Positions 16,832 through 25,255 of a stretch of 64,000 nucleotides of DNA are shown here, piece after piece. The stretch comes from an uncultured Chloroflexia bacterium (GTDB lineage Bacteria > Chloroflexota > Dehalococcoidia > SM23-28-2 > RBG-16-64-32). Within the stretch, counting starts at the first letter, position 1. The number at the start of each line of letters is the position of its first letter. A program made the position numbers and the translations under genes. The notes beneath the pieces were generated by a model. The model searched no databases and was not told the DNA's origin. It saw only the letters and a list, made by a program, of their open reading frames with translations. The DNA lies in contig CAVQVC010000001.1 in the NCBI GenBank assembly GCA_963717065.1, positions 1,681,001 through 1,745,000 on the forward strand, written 5' to 3'.

Positions 16832-17935
16832 TCATTTGGTGAGCCACCGCCGGACGGCGCGCTCCGCCGTCTCGGCGAGCGCTCCCGCCGGTTCCTTGCC
16901 GGCGCCATCTACGGCAGCAATCGTGTCGAGCGCCTCGCTCATCACCTCCCACCCCTCGCCAAGGCTCCCCGGCACGGCGATTACCGCCACCGACGCCTCG
17001 CGCGCCAGGCCGGCAACCCTCGCCACAGATTTCCCGTAAGCCGTCTGACCGTCGAGCCGGCCCTCGCCGGTGATCACGAGGTGTGCCTCAGCGATTCGTT
17101 CGGCCAGCCGGGTCACCTCGGCGACGATCTCGAATCCGGGACGCACTTCCGCCCCGAGGAACGCGATCAGGCCGGCACCCAGGCCTCCCGCCGCTCCAGC
17201 GCCGGGCACGTCCAGCACACTGACCCCGAGGTCCCGCTCGATTACCTCACCGTACCGTCGCAGCGCCGTATCAAGCTCCTTCGCGATCTCGAAGGTCGCC
17301 CCCTTCTGCGGCCCGTAGACGAGCGAAGCGCCGTCTGGCCCGCAAAGAGAGTTAGTGACGTCCGTGGCAGCGATGACCCGGACGTTACGAATGCGGAGGT
17401 CGATGCCGGATGCATCGATCCGGGCCAGCCGCGCCAATGCGGCGCCCCCCGGAGGCAACCCGCGCCCCTCGGCGTTCAGGAACCGCACACCGAGTGCGGC
17501 CGCCATTCCTGCGCCGCCATCATTCGTCGCGCTGCCGCCGACACCGACAATGATCCGGGATGCGCCGGCATGCAGCGCCGCTCCGATCAGCTGCCCGACG
17601 CCGTACGTCGAGGTGATACGAGGGTCACGCTCCGCTTCGGCCAGCAAGACGAGACCCGCCGCGGACGCCATCTCGATCACGGCCGTGCGATCATCGAGCA
17701 AAGCCCACTGGGCTTCGATGTCTCTGCCGAGAGGATCCTGCACAGCCGCGGACATCAACCGGCCGGGAGTCGCCGCGAGCAGCGCATCAACCAGTCCCGG
17801 CCCGCCGTCGGATACCGGTGCCAGGTCGACGTCTGCGTCCGGCAACGCGCGACGTACCCCCACGGCGATCGCCCCCGCGGCCTCTGCGGCCGTCAGAGTC
17901 CCCTTGTACTCCTGCGGCGCCACCACGATTCGCAT
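16832..17935 (-). CDS. glycerate kinase
   Basis: MRIVVAPQEYKGTLTAAEAAGAIA...SDGGPGLVDAL...VGVGGSATNDGGAGMAAALG...LVITGEGRLDGQTAYGK. The longer 506-aa ORF upstream of ATG 17935 is antisense to the next gene. Confidence 0.85.
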   Translation of the reverse strand: MRIVVAPQEYKGTLTAAEAAGAIAVGVRRALPDADVDLAPVSDGGPGLVDALLAATPGRLMSAAVQDPLGRDIEAQWALLDDRTAVIEMASAAGLVLLAEAERDPRITSTYGVGQLIGAALHAGASRIIVGVGGSATNDGGAGMAAALGVRFLNAEGRGLPPGGAALARLARIDASGIDLRIRNVRVIAATDVTNSLCGPDGASLVYGPQKGATFEIAKELDTALRRYGEVIERDLGVSVLDVPGAGAAGGLGAGLIAFLGAEVRPGFEIVAEVTRLAERIAEAHLVITGEGRLDGQTAYGKSVARVAGLAREASVAVIAVPGSLGEGWEVMSEALDTIAAVDGAGKEPAGALAETAERAVRRWLTK

Positions 17936-17980
17936 ACCGACATCTTCCATCTTCCATCCCCCATCTTCCACAATGGCTCT

Positions 17981-18954
17981 ATGCACTACCGCCGTCTCGG
18001 CCGCACCGGGCTCATGGTCTCCGAGATCGGCTTCGGCGGCTGGCCCATCGGCGGCCAGATGTGGGGGAGCGTCGAAGACGAGGAGTCGCTCGCCGCCCTC
18101 CAGCGCGCGTTCGAACTCGGCGTCAACTTCTACGACACTGCCGACGTCTACGGCCACGGCAACAGCGAGGAACTGATCGGCCAGGCGTTCGCCTCGGTGC
18201 GCTCCAACGTCCTCATCGCCACGAAGGTGGGCCTCGACTTCTATCGGGGAGAGCCCGCGCGGGTCAACTTCGCGCCCGATTACATTCGCTCGGCGCTGGA
18301 GAGGAGCCTTGAGCGCCTGCGCACGGACTACGTGGACGTCTACCAGCTGCACAACCCGCCGCAGAAGCTCGCGAAGGAGGACGCGGTGTGGCAGACGCTG
18401 TCGGAACTGCGTGCCGAGGGCAAGCTCCGCTTCTTCGGCGTCTCTGCCCGCACGGCCAACGACGCCCGCGCCTACCTGAAAGCGGCGGACACCGGCGACG
18501 AGCCATCCCGCCGCTTCGGAGACACCCTCCAGGTCGCTTACAACCTCCTCGACCAGGAAGCGGCGACGAAGGGCGTCTTCGTCGAGGCCTACCGCCAGGA
18601 CTGGGGCGTGATCTCGCGGGTACCGCTCGCCTCAGGCGTGCTCAGCGGCAAGTACGACGCAACCCACTACTGGCCGCCCACCGACTTCAGGGCCGCCTGG
18701 TCCCGCGACCGCCTCGCCGAGACCGTCCGTCGCGTTGAGGCGCTCCGCTTCCTCGTCAAGCCGCCAGTCGAGACGATGGCGCAGGCGGCCCTGGCCTTCG
18801 TGCTCTCGCAGGAGGCCGTCTCCACGGCCATCACCGGCGCCAAGACCGCCGCCCAGGTCGAGGACAACGTGCTCGCATCGGACGTCACGCCGCTGCCGCG
18901 GACGATCTTCGGGCGGCGCAGGAGTTGTGGGAGCGGGGGTTCGAGGGAGCGTAG
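17981..18954 (+). CDS. aldo/keto reductase with an apparent 1-nt frameshift near the 3' end
   Basis: MHYRRLGRTGLMVSEIGFGGWPIGG...YDTADVYGHGNSEELIG...VDVYQLHNP. After ...DVTPLP (~18897) the plausible end DDLRAAQELWERGFEGA* (stop 18952-18954) lies in the adjacent frame. The in-frame reading runs on for ~140 Arg/Ser/Pro-rich codons over the ABC-F gene. Confidence 0.75.
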
Positions 18955-19017
18955 GGGCTACCGACCGGTCGCCCTCGCGCCCGTATCCGCATCTGCATCC
19001 GCTATCCTGAATATGCC

Positions 19018-20595
19018 ATGTTTTTCGCCGAATCCGTCGTGCGCTCGTTCGGGCCGCTCTCCGTCCTCGAGGACGTCACGTTCATCCTCGGCGACGGCGA
19101 GCGCGCCGGCCTCGTCGGCCCCAACGGCGCCGGCAAGTCCACGATCCTCAAGATCATCGCCGGCGAGGACGAGCCCGACGCCGGCGACGGCGGCCACAAA
19201 GGCGGCTCGCTCGGCTACCTGCGACAGGAGGCCGGCCTCGAACCCACCCGCACGCTCGTCGACGAGCTGTGGACCGCCTTCCCGGAAGCGCGATCAGTCG
19301 ACCAGCGCCTGCACGAGATCGCCACGAAGATCGAGCGCGGAGAGGGCGACCTCAACGCGCTGATCGACGAGCAGGGCGAGCTCTTCCACCGCTTCGACGA
19401 CCTCGACGGCTACCGCATCAACAAGCGTATCGGCCGTGTACTCAAGGGCCTCGGGTTCGCCCCCGGCGACGACGAGAAGCGCTGCGGCGAGTTCAGCGGC
19501 GGCTGGCAGATGCGCATCGCGCTGGCCAAGGTGCTCGTCCACCGCCCCGACAACATCCTCCTCGACGAGCCCACGAACCACCTCGACGCCGCCTCCCAGG
19601 CCTGGCTCGCCGACGAGCTCGCCGAGTACAAGGGCACCGTGTTGCTCGTGACGCACGACGGCGAGTTCCTCGACCGCGTCGCCACCCGCATCCTCGACCT
19701 CCGCGACGGCCGCGTCGAGAGCTACGCCGGCAACTACACCGCCTACCAGCAGCAGAAAGCGGCCCGCCTCCAGCAGCAGGACCAGGCCGCGGCCCGCCAG
19801 GAGCGCGAGCTCGCCCGTCAGCAGCGGTTCATCGACCGCTTCCGCGCCAAACAGTCGAAGGCCACCGTCGTCAAGAGCCGCGAGAAAGCTGTCGCGAAGA
19901 TCGAGCGTATAGAGCGCACGAAGCGCGAGTCAGAGGTGCACATCTCACTGTCCGCCGACGGGCGCACGGAGCGCGACGTCCTCCTCCTGTCGCACATCGG
20001 CCACGCCTATGGCGACAACGTCGTGCTGGTCGACGTGGACCTGCACGTCGAGCGCGCGCAGAAGGTGATCCTCATCGGCCCCAACGGCAGCGGCAAGAGC
20101 ACGCTCCTCCGCATCGCCGCCGGGATGATGGATCCGTCCGAAGGTTCGGTGCAGTGGGCGGAGAAAGCGCGGCGCGGATACTACGACCAGCACCAGGACG
20201 AGGCGCTCGATCCGGCGAAGACCGTCCTCGAAGAGGTGAGCACCGTCGCACCCAACGAAGCCGAGCAACGGCTGCGCACCGTACTCGGCAACTTCCTCTT
20301 CCGCGGCGACGACGTCTACAAGCGCGTGTCAGTGCTCTCCGGCGGCGAGCGCAGCCGCGTCGCCCTCGCCAAGCTCGTCCTCCAGCCCACGAACGTACTC
20401 CTGCTCGACGAGCCCACGAACCATCTCGACAAGACGACACGCCGCAAGCTGATCGACGTGCTGGAGAAGTACGACGGCACGATCCTGTGCGCCGCCCACG
20501 ACCCGCTCATACTCAAACGCGTCGCTACTCGCGTCTACGAAGTGCGGGACGGCGACTGCCGTGAGCTGATCGAATACCGCAAAGATACGTTGTAG
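19018..20595 (+). CDS. ABC-F family ATPase (two ABC domains, no TM domain)
   Basis: Two Walker A sites (GPNGAGKST; GPNGSGKST), two signature motifs (FSGGWQMR; LSGGERSR) and a Gln/Arg-rich inter-domain linker. Confidence 0.9.
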   Translation: MFFAESVVRSFGPLSVLEDVTFILGDGERAGLVGPNGAGKSTILKIIAGEDEPDAGDGGHKGGSLGYLRQEAGLEPTRTLVDELWTAFPEARSVDQRLHEIATKIERGEGDLNALIDEQGELFHRFDDLDGYRINKRIGRVLKGLGFAPGDDEKRCGEFSGGWQMRIALAKVLVHRPDNILLDEPTNHLDAASQAWLADELAEYKGTVLLVTHDGEFLDRVATRILDLRDGRVESYAGNYTAYQQQKAARLQQQDQAAARQERELARQQRFIDRFRAKQSKATVVKSREKAVAKIERIERTKRESEVHISLSADGRTERDVLLLSHIGHAYGDNVVLVDVDLHVERAQKVILIGPNGSGKSTLLRIAAGMMDPSEGSVQWAEKARRGYYDQHQDEALDPAKTVLEEVSTVAPNEAEQRLRTVLGNFLFRGDDVYKRVSVLSGGERSRVALAKLVLQPTNVLLLDEPTNHLDKTTRRKLIDVLEKYDGTILCAAHDPLILKRVATRVYEVRDGDCRELIEYRKDTL

Positions 20596-20654
20596 CCGGC
20601 GGCCCCCAAGACGGACGCGTAGGGCTGCCAGCTCGTCGGCTGCAGACCGTTACC

Positions 20655-20760
20655 GGGTGTGCATACGGGCAGAGCCCCTCGCCGGGGGTTTCAGGGGGGT
20701 GTCCCCCTGAGCAGATAAATCAATCGGACGGGCGGGTGGGTGGGTTACATATGAAAGAAG
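20655..20760 (+). repeat. double-hairpin intergenic repeat, copy A
   Basis: GGGTGTGCATACGGGCAGAGCCCCTCGCCGGGGGTTTCAGGGGGGTGTCCCCCTGAGCAGATAAATCAATCGGACGGGCGGGTGGG... aligns with copies at 23355 and 24404. Confidence 0.8.
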
Positions 20761-20811
20761 ACGGTTGTGGCACCGAGCGCCGCTGCCCGTGGCGACGCCC
20801 GGTGCCTGCCG

Positions 20812-20952
20812 CTACGCCGCGCAGCGCGAATATCCGCAGACGGGGCAGGTTGCACACCCCTCCGCGTGTACGATCGGCCCGTCACAGTCGGGACAGCGGG
20901 CCTGCCGCAGGATCTGAAAGCGCAGCTGAACGGCCGGTGAGGTCCTCGTCAT
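20812..20952 (-). CDS. possible 46-aa zinc-ribbon protein
   Basis: MTRTSPAVQLRFQILRQARCPDCDGPIVHAEGCATCPVCGYSRCAA has a CxxC...EGCxxCxxCGYSxC pattern. The rest of the 145-aa track ORF is antisense to mtaB. Confidence 0.35.
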   Translation of the reverse strand: MTRTSPAVQLRFQILRQARCPDCDGPIVHAEGCATCPVCGYSRCAA

Positions 20953-21049
20953 CTCGTTGACTCCTGTATTAGAACGTCTGTGCTGCCATATTAGCACACC
21001 TGTTCTGCCTGTCAACTCCGAGGTGGCACCCCTGCTATCATTGCCCCGT

Positions 21050-22397
21050 ATGGCCAGCACTGACCCCACCACAGCCGAGCCCCCAACCGTCTCCATCCTC
21101 ACCCTCGGCTGCAAGCTCAACCAGAGCGACTCCGAAGCCATCGCCCGCCGCCTCAGCGGAGACGGCGTCACAGTCACCGACCGCCCGGTCCGCGGCGCCG
21201 CTGCCTTCGTCATCAACACCTGCTCCGTGACCCACGTCGCCGACCGCAAAGCACGTCACCTCGTGCGCATGGCCCGCCGGCTCTCCCCGGACGCCGAGAT
21301 CGTGCTCACCGGCTGTTACGCCGAGACCGCACCCGACGGCATCGCTGCCGAGATCGGCGCCGATGTTGTCCTCCGAAACGTGGAGAAAGAGTCGATCCCG
21401 GAGCGTCTACTGACACGCCTCGCCGCGTCAGGCGACCCGGTCGCCGGTTGCCCGACCCACATAGGCGCCGGTCTCCGCACACGCGCCTTCGTCAAGATCC
21501 AGGAGGGCTGCAACGAGCTCTGCGCCTTCTGCATCGTCCCCTACACCCGCGGCCGCGAAGTCAGCGTGCCGATCGATCAGGTCGTCCGGCAGGTGCAGGC
21601 TCGCGAGTCCGAAGGTGTCATCGAGGTCGTGCTCACCGGCACGCAGCTCGGCAACTACGGCCGCGACCTGGGCTGGGACGAGCAGGGCCCACGCCGCCTT
21701 CTCGAGGCCCTCCTCGACCGCACCAACATCTCTCGCATCCGCCTCTCCTCCCTCCAGGCACAGGACATCTCTCCGGAGCTACTCAGCCTCTGGCAAGACC
21801 CGCGCCTCTGCCCGCACTTCCACCTCCCGCTCCAGAGCGGCTGCCGATCGCGTCCTCGCTCGCATGCGCCGGCGCTACACCGCCGATGAGTTCCGCCGCG
21901 CCGTTAACCTGATCCGCGACGCGGTCCCGGACGTCGCCATCACCACGGACGTGATCGCCGGCTTCCCGGGCGAGACGGACGAGGACTTCGAGGCCACCTA
22001 CCATCTCTGTGCAGAACTTGAGTTCGCGGCGATGCACTGCTTCCCCTACTCCCGCCGCCCCCAGACCGGCGCCGCGAAGATGGACGGCCACCTCTCTCCG
22101 GAAGTGCGACGTGAGCGCCTGGAGAGGCTCCTGGCGCTGGCTGATGCCTCATCGCGCCGCTACCGGCAGCGGTTCCTCGGCCGCACGCTGGACGTGCTCT
22201 GGGAGCAACAGCGCGACGGCGCCTGGGAGGGATTGACCGGCAACTACATCCGCATATACGCTTTCGCCAAAGATGACATCCAGAACCGGCTGCTCCCTGT
22301 GCGCCTCGACAACCTCCACGACGATGGCGTCCAGGGTTCTTTTGTGATGCAACCCACCACGCCCCGACCCGCTCATGGTGAGGCTCTCGTACCATGA
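21050..22397 (+). CDS. mtaB: radical-SAM methylthiotransferase, MtaB-like, with an apparent 1-nt frameshift at ~21843
   Basis: VSILTLGCKLNQSDSE, FVKIQEGCNELCAFCIVPYTRG and HFHLPLQSG lie in one frame. ADRVLARMRRRYT...VITTDVIAGFPGETDEDF continues in the next frame (track ORFs 20957..21889 and 21615..22397). Confidence 0.8.
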
Positions 22398-23301
22398 TGG
22401 GACTACGGACGCCACGATGAACAACAACGCCAACCGCACCCTCATTGTCACCGTGTGCGCCTCCATGATCGTCCTCATGGCGCTCCTCATCTTCCTCACC
22501 TGGCGCGCCTCCGCGGACGTTATCGACAACATCGGCGACCTCTCCGAGTACCTGGCAGATCACAATGACGACGCCGGCAAGCTCATCGTCACGCTTTCGG
22601 CGCTGATCGTGATCGTCCTCGCGCTGCTCCTGATCATCGTCGAGCTGGCGCCGGAGGACGAGGAGAAAGAGCTGCGGGTGAAGCAGGCCGGAGCCACGAC
22701 GATTGTCCCCGCCGCCGCGCTCCGCCAGCGCATCGAAGAGGCCCTGCTCGCGCAGCCGGACATTACGGCCGCGAAGGCGAAGGTCAACACCCGCGACAAT
22801 GGGATAGCCACATCCCTCGACCTCAAGCTTGTGCCTGGTGCCAACATCTCCCAGGTGACCGAAGACTCAACCCGCGTAGTCAACGACACAATTCAGCGCG
22901 ACCTCGGTCTGGCCGTCGCCGGTGTGCCCACCGTCCGCGTGGCATTCGGCGACCCGAAGACCGCCCCCGTAGCGTCGTCCGTCGTGCAGCCCCCGACCGA
23001 GCCACAGCCGGAATTCGCGCCGGCTCCCACCAGCGACGTCCAGCCATACACGTCGGCTGCGCCCGCTGAGGCTGCCGTCGAGGAGCCACCGACTCCGGCT
23101 GAACCGGTACCGGCCGAATCACCAGCGCCCACACCAGAGCCCGCGCCAGAATCACCGAGCGAAGGTGCAGACAAGCCCGCGCCCGAAGCCGCGAGCGAGC
23201 CCGCACCCGAAGCTGTGGCAGGCGAGTCCGCGTCCTCGGAAGATGGGGAGGACACTCCCGGAAGCGGCCACCTCCCGCGCGACCCCTGGCAAGAGCCGTA
23301 G
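22375..23301 (+). CDS. membrane protein, AmaP-like core (alkaline-shock anchor type) with a long Pro/Ala/Glu-rich tail; function uncertain
   Basis: Two N-terminal TM segments, then ELRVKQAGATTIVPAAALRQRIEEALLAQPDITAAKAKV...LDLKLVPGANISQV..., then a PAPEA-rich tail. ATG 22417 is an alternative start. Confidence 0.5.
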   Translation: MVRLSYHDGTTDATMNNNANRTLIVTVCASMIVLMALLIFLTWRASADVIDNIGDLSEYLADHNDDAGKLIVTLSALIVIVLALLLIIVELAPEDEEKELRVKQAGATTIVPAAALRQRIEEALLAQPDITAAKAKVNTRDNGIATSLDLKLVPGANISQVTEDSTRVVNDTIQRDLGLAVAGVPTVRVAFGDPKTAPVASSVVQPPTEPQPEFAPAPTSDVQPYTSAAPAEAAVEEPPTPAEPVPAESPAPTPEPAPESPSEGADKPAPEAASEPAPEAVAGESASSEDGEDTPGSGHLPRDPWQEP

Positions 23302-23354
23302 CAAGCCCATCATTCGCCTCGAGCAGCAGACCGCGCGGGCGCATGCGCTCAACA

Positions 23355-23455
23355 GGGTGTGCAGAGGGGCGGAGCCCCTCGCCGGGGGTTTCAGGCGGTG
23401 TCCCCCTGAGCTAATTAAAATCAGTAGGGCGGGTGGGGGGTCCATATTGAGAAGC
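23355..23455 (+). repeat. double-hairpin intergenic repeat, copy B
   Basis: GGGTGTGCAGAGGGGCGGAGCCCCTCGCCGGGGGTTTCAGGCGGTGTCCCCCTGAGCTAATTAAAATCAGTAGGGCGGGTGGGGGGTCCATATTGAGAAG, ending 49 nt upstream of scpB. Confidence 0.8.
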
Positions 23456-23503
23456 GCCGAGACCGTAGAACGCCGGGCCGACCGCTGATAACCTTGTAGA
23501 CGC

Positions 23504-24163
23504 ATGTCCGACACGCCCGACGCACCCTCCTACGACGCCGTCAAGCGCATCATTGAAAGCGTGCTCTACGTCGCCGACCGCCCCATCGAGATCGGCTTCC
23601 TCGCCCGCATCGCCAACGTCGACGCCCGCTGGGTGGACGAGATCGTAAACGCCCTCGCCGCCGAATACCAGACCCGTGGACTCCGCGTGCAGCGCAACGG
23701 CGACGCCGTGCAGATTGTCACGGCGCCCGAAACGGCCTCCTACGTCCAGGCCTTCCTCGGCATCGACGAGAACCAGCGCCTCACCCGTGGCGCTCTCGTC
23801 GCCCTCACGATCATCGCTTACAAGCAGCCGATCACGCGCCCCGCCCTCGACAGGATCCTCGGCAAGACCAGCGACTGGCAGGTCGCCTCTCTCAAGGCCC
23901 GAGAGCTGATCACCGAAGTCGGCCGCGCCAACGCCCCCGGCCGCCCCTACCTCTACGGCACCACCTTCCGCTTCCTCGAACATTTCGGCCTCGAAAAGCC
24001 CGAGGACCTCCCCCCGCTCCCCGAGCTCGAGGTCATCCAGGCCACCGAATCCAGCGTCTCCCAGGAGGACGACGAGCCCGCGGAAGAAGCCGAAAATCCC
24101 ACCGAAGAAGACGCCGTCACCGTGCCCGACCCGGAGGAGCAACCCGCTCCCACCGAGCCATGA
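23504..24163 (+). CDS. scpB: segregation and condensation protein B
   Basis: IIESVLYVADRPIEIGFLA..., ALVALTIIAYKQPITRPALDRILG and GRANAPGRPYLYGTTFRFLEHFGL are classic ScpB winged-helix repeats, followed by an acidic tail. Confidence 0.9.
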   Translation: MSDTPDAPSYDAVKRIIESVLYVADRPIEIGFLARIANVDARWVDEIVNALAAEYQTRGLRVQRNGDAVQIVTAPETASYVQAFLGIDENQRLTRGALVALTIIAYKQPITRPALDRILGKTSDWQVASLKARELITEVGRANAPGRPYLYGTTFRFLEHFGLEKPEDLPPLPELEVIQATESSVSQEDDEPAEEAENPTEEDAVTVPDPEEQPAPTEP

Positions 24164-24170
24164 AGACCAA

Positions 24171-24360
24171 TTGTCATTCTGAGGAACGAAGAATCCGGGG
24201 TGGGGGAGCGACGTCGCGTCTGGATCGCAACTCCTGCCATTCCGAGGAACGAAGAATCTGGGGCGGGGGGCACACGCCGCGTCTGGAGCGCAACGCCTGT
24301 CATTCTGAGGAACGAAGAATCTCGGGTGGGCGAGCTGCGCCGTGTCGCGCTCACTCCGAC
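24171..24360 (+). repeat. tandem repeat, 3 units of ~63 nt
   Basis: Units start TGTCATTCTGAGGAACGAAGAATC at ~24172 and ~24298, and TGCCATTCCGAGGAACGAAGAATC at ~24235. Each is followed by a G-run and CGCGTCTGGAkCGCAAC. The units are contiguous with no spacers. Confidence 0.85.
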
Positions 24361-24403
24361 GCGCCCCACAAAGCCGCCGTATCGAGGCAGAATCCCGCCT
24401 ACG

Positions 24404-24502
24404 GGGTGTGCAGAGGGGCAGAGCCCCTCGCCGGGGGTTTCAGGGGGTGTCCCCCTGAGCTAATAAATCAATCGGGCGGGCGGGCGGGTCCACGTAGAAA
24501 GA
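24404..24502 (+). repeat. double-hairpin intergenic repeat, copy C
   Basis: GGGTGTGCAGAGGGGCAGAGCCCCTCGCCGGGGGTTTCAGGGGGTGTCCCCCTGAGCTAATAAATCAATCGGGCGGGCGGGCGGGTCCACGTAGAAAGAC. Both hairpins are perfect: GAGGGGC-AGA-GCCCCTC and TCAGGGGG-TGT-CCCCCTGA. Confidence 0.85.
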
Positions 24503-24575
24503 CCAACCCACCGCACCGGCACGGCGATGCGCTCCTCCGGGTTGCCACCGTACCCGAGCCAGGCGAGTAACTCCA

Positions 24576-24878
24576 ATGCCCGCCATCGGCCTCTGCCGCG
24601 TCGACCTCCGCCTCCCCGAGAACCAATCCCTCAAGGGCAAGCGCCAGGTCCTCAAGTCGCTCCTCGCCCGCATCCACAACCGCTTCAACGTCTCCGCCGC
24701 CGAGATCGACGGCCACGACTCCTGGCAGCTCGCCTCCATCGGCATCTCCTGCGTCTCCACCGACGACCGTCACGCCGACGAGGTCCTAGCCTCCGTCGTC
24801 GCTTTCATCCGCCGCGAGCGCCTCGACGCCGAGCTGATCGACTACACGACCGAAGTCCTCCACGCGCTGGAGGACTAA
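24576..24878 (+). CDS. DUF503-family protein (YlxP-like)
   Basis: MPAIGLCRVDLRLPENQSLKGKRQVLKSLLARIHNRFNVSAAEIDGHDSWQLASIGISCVS matches my recollection of the DUF503 pattern, and the 100-aa size fits. Confidence 0.8.
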   Translation: MPAIGLCRVDLRLPENQSLKGKRQVLKSLLARIHNRFNVSAAEIDGHDSWQLASIGISCVSTDDRHADEVLASVVAFIRRERLDAELIDYTTEVLHALED

Positions 24879-24996
24879 GCTGTGCCACTCACCCTTAGAC
24901 TTCCGCCCCTGATCCGCTACGCTGGTACCGGAGGCCGTTTGTGCGCACACATAGCCGTTCCCTCACCCATCACCGATCACCCATCCCCTGCCACCT

Positions 24997-25192
24997 GCAA
25001 TTGAATTCGCGCCCCAACGCATTGTTTTCAAATCAAAACCGGGCAACCGCCTCACCCAGCCCCGCGCCAACACGGACCACACCAGAAATTCGGTTTCTCC
25101 TCGCAAATCAATTCGCAGCCGGATACGATTCGCCGAAAACAATTCCCCGCCCTATACAAAATCCCGCCCAGAACTGCCCAATTGATTTTCGC
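24997..25192 (+). promoter_or_regulatory. three copies of a 14-15-nt motif in the long ORF-free leader upstream of the ureohydrolase gene
   Basis: GCAATTGAATTCGC (24997-25010), GCAAATCAATTCGC (25103-25116) and CCAATTGATTTTCGC (25178-25192). The surrounding ~350 nt are comparatively A/C-rich with no plausible ORF. Confidence 0.3.
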
Positions 25193-25255
25193 CAGGGACT
25201 GACTCCTCCTCTCCGAACTATCACCTGACACCTTGCACCTCTTATCATTCGCGCC

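Noticed and set aside
16595-19363. 922-aa plus-strand ORF, the longest in the track
   Set aside because: It is a chimera. Its first ~460 codons are Arg/Ser/Pro-rich low-complexity sequence antisense to the DinB and glycerate kinase genes. The middle is the real aldo/keto reductase (from ATG 17981). The last ~140 codons are frameshift read-through over the ABC-F gene.
19269-20564. 431-aa alternative-frame ORF inside the ABC-F gene
   Set aside because: It is an extreme Arg/Pro composition artefact of an off-frame read of a GC-rich gene. The ABC-F frame has two complete ABC cassettes.
24171-24360. Possible CRISPR array (repeated ~24-nt core GTCATTCTGAGGAACGAAGAATC)
   Set aside because: There are only three units. 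The whole 63-nt unit is repeated, so there are no unique spacers. No cas genes or leader are present. It is a plain tandem repeat.
24879-25255. Guanidine-I (ykkC) or another known riboswitch upstream of the ureohydrolase
   Set aside because: I could not find the conserved ykkC sequence blocks on either strand. It is kept only as an unexplained leader with repeated motifs.
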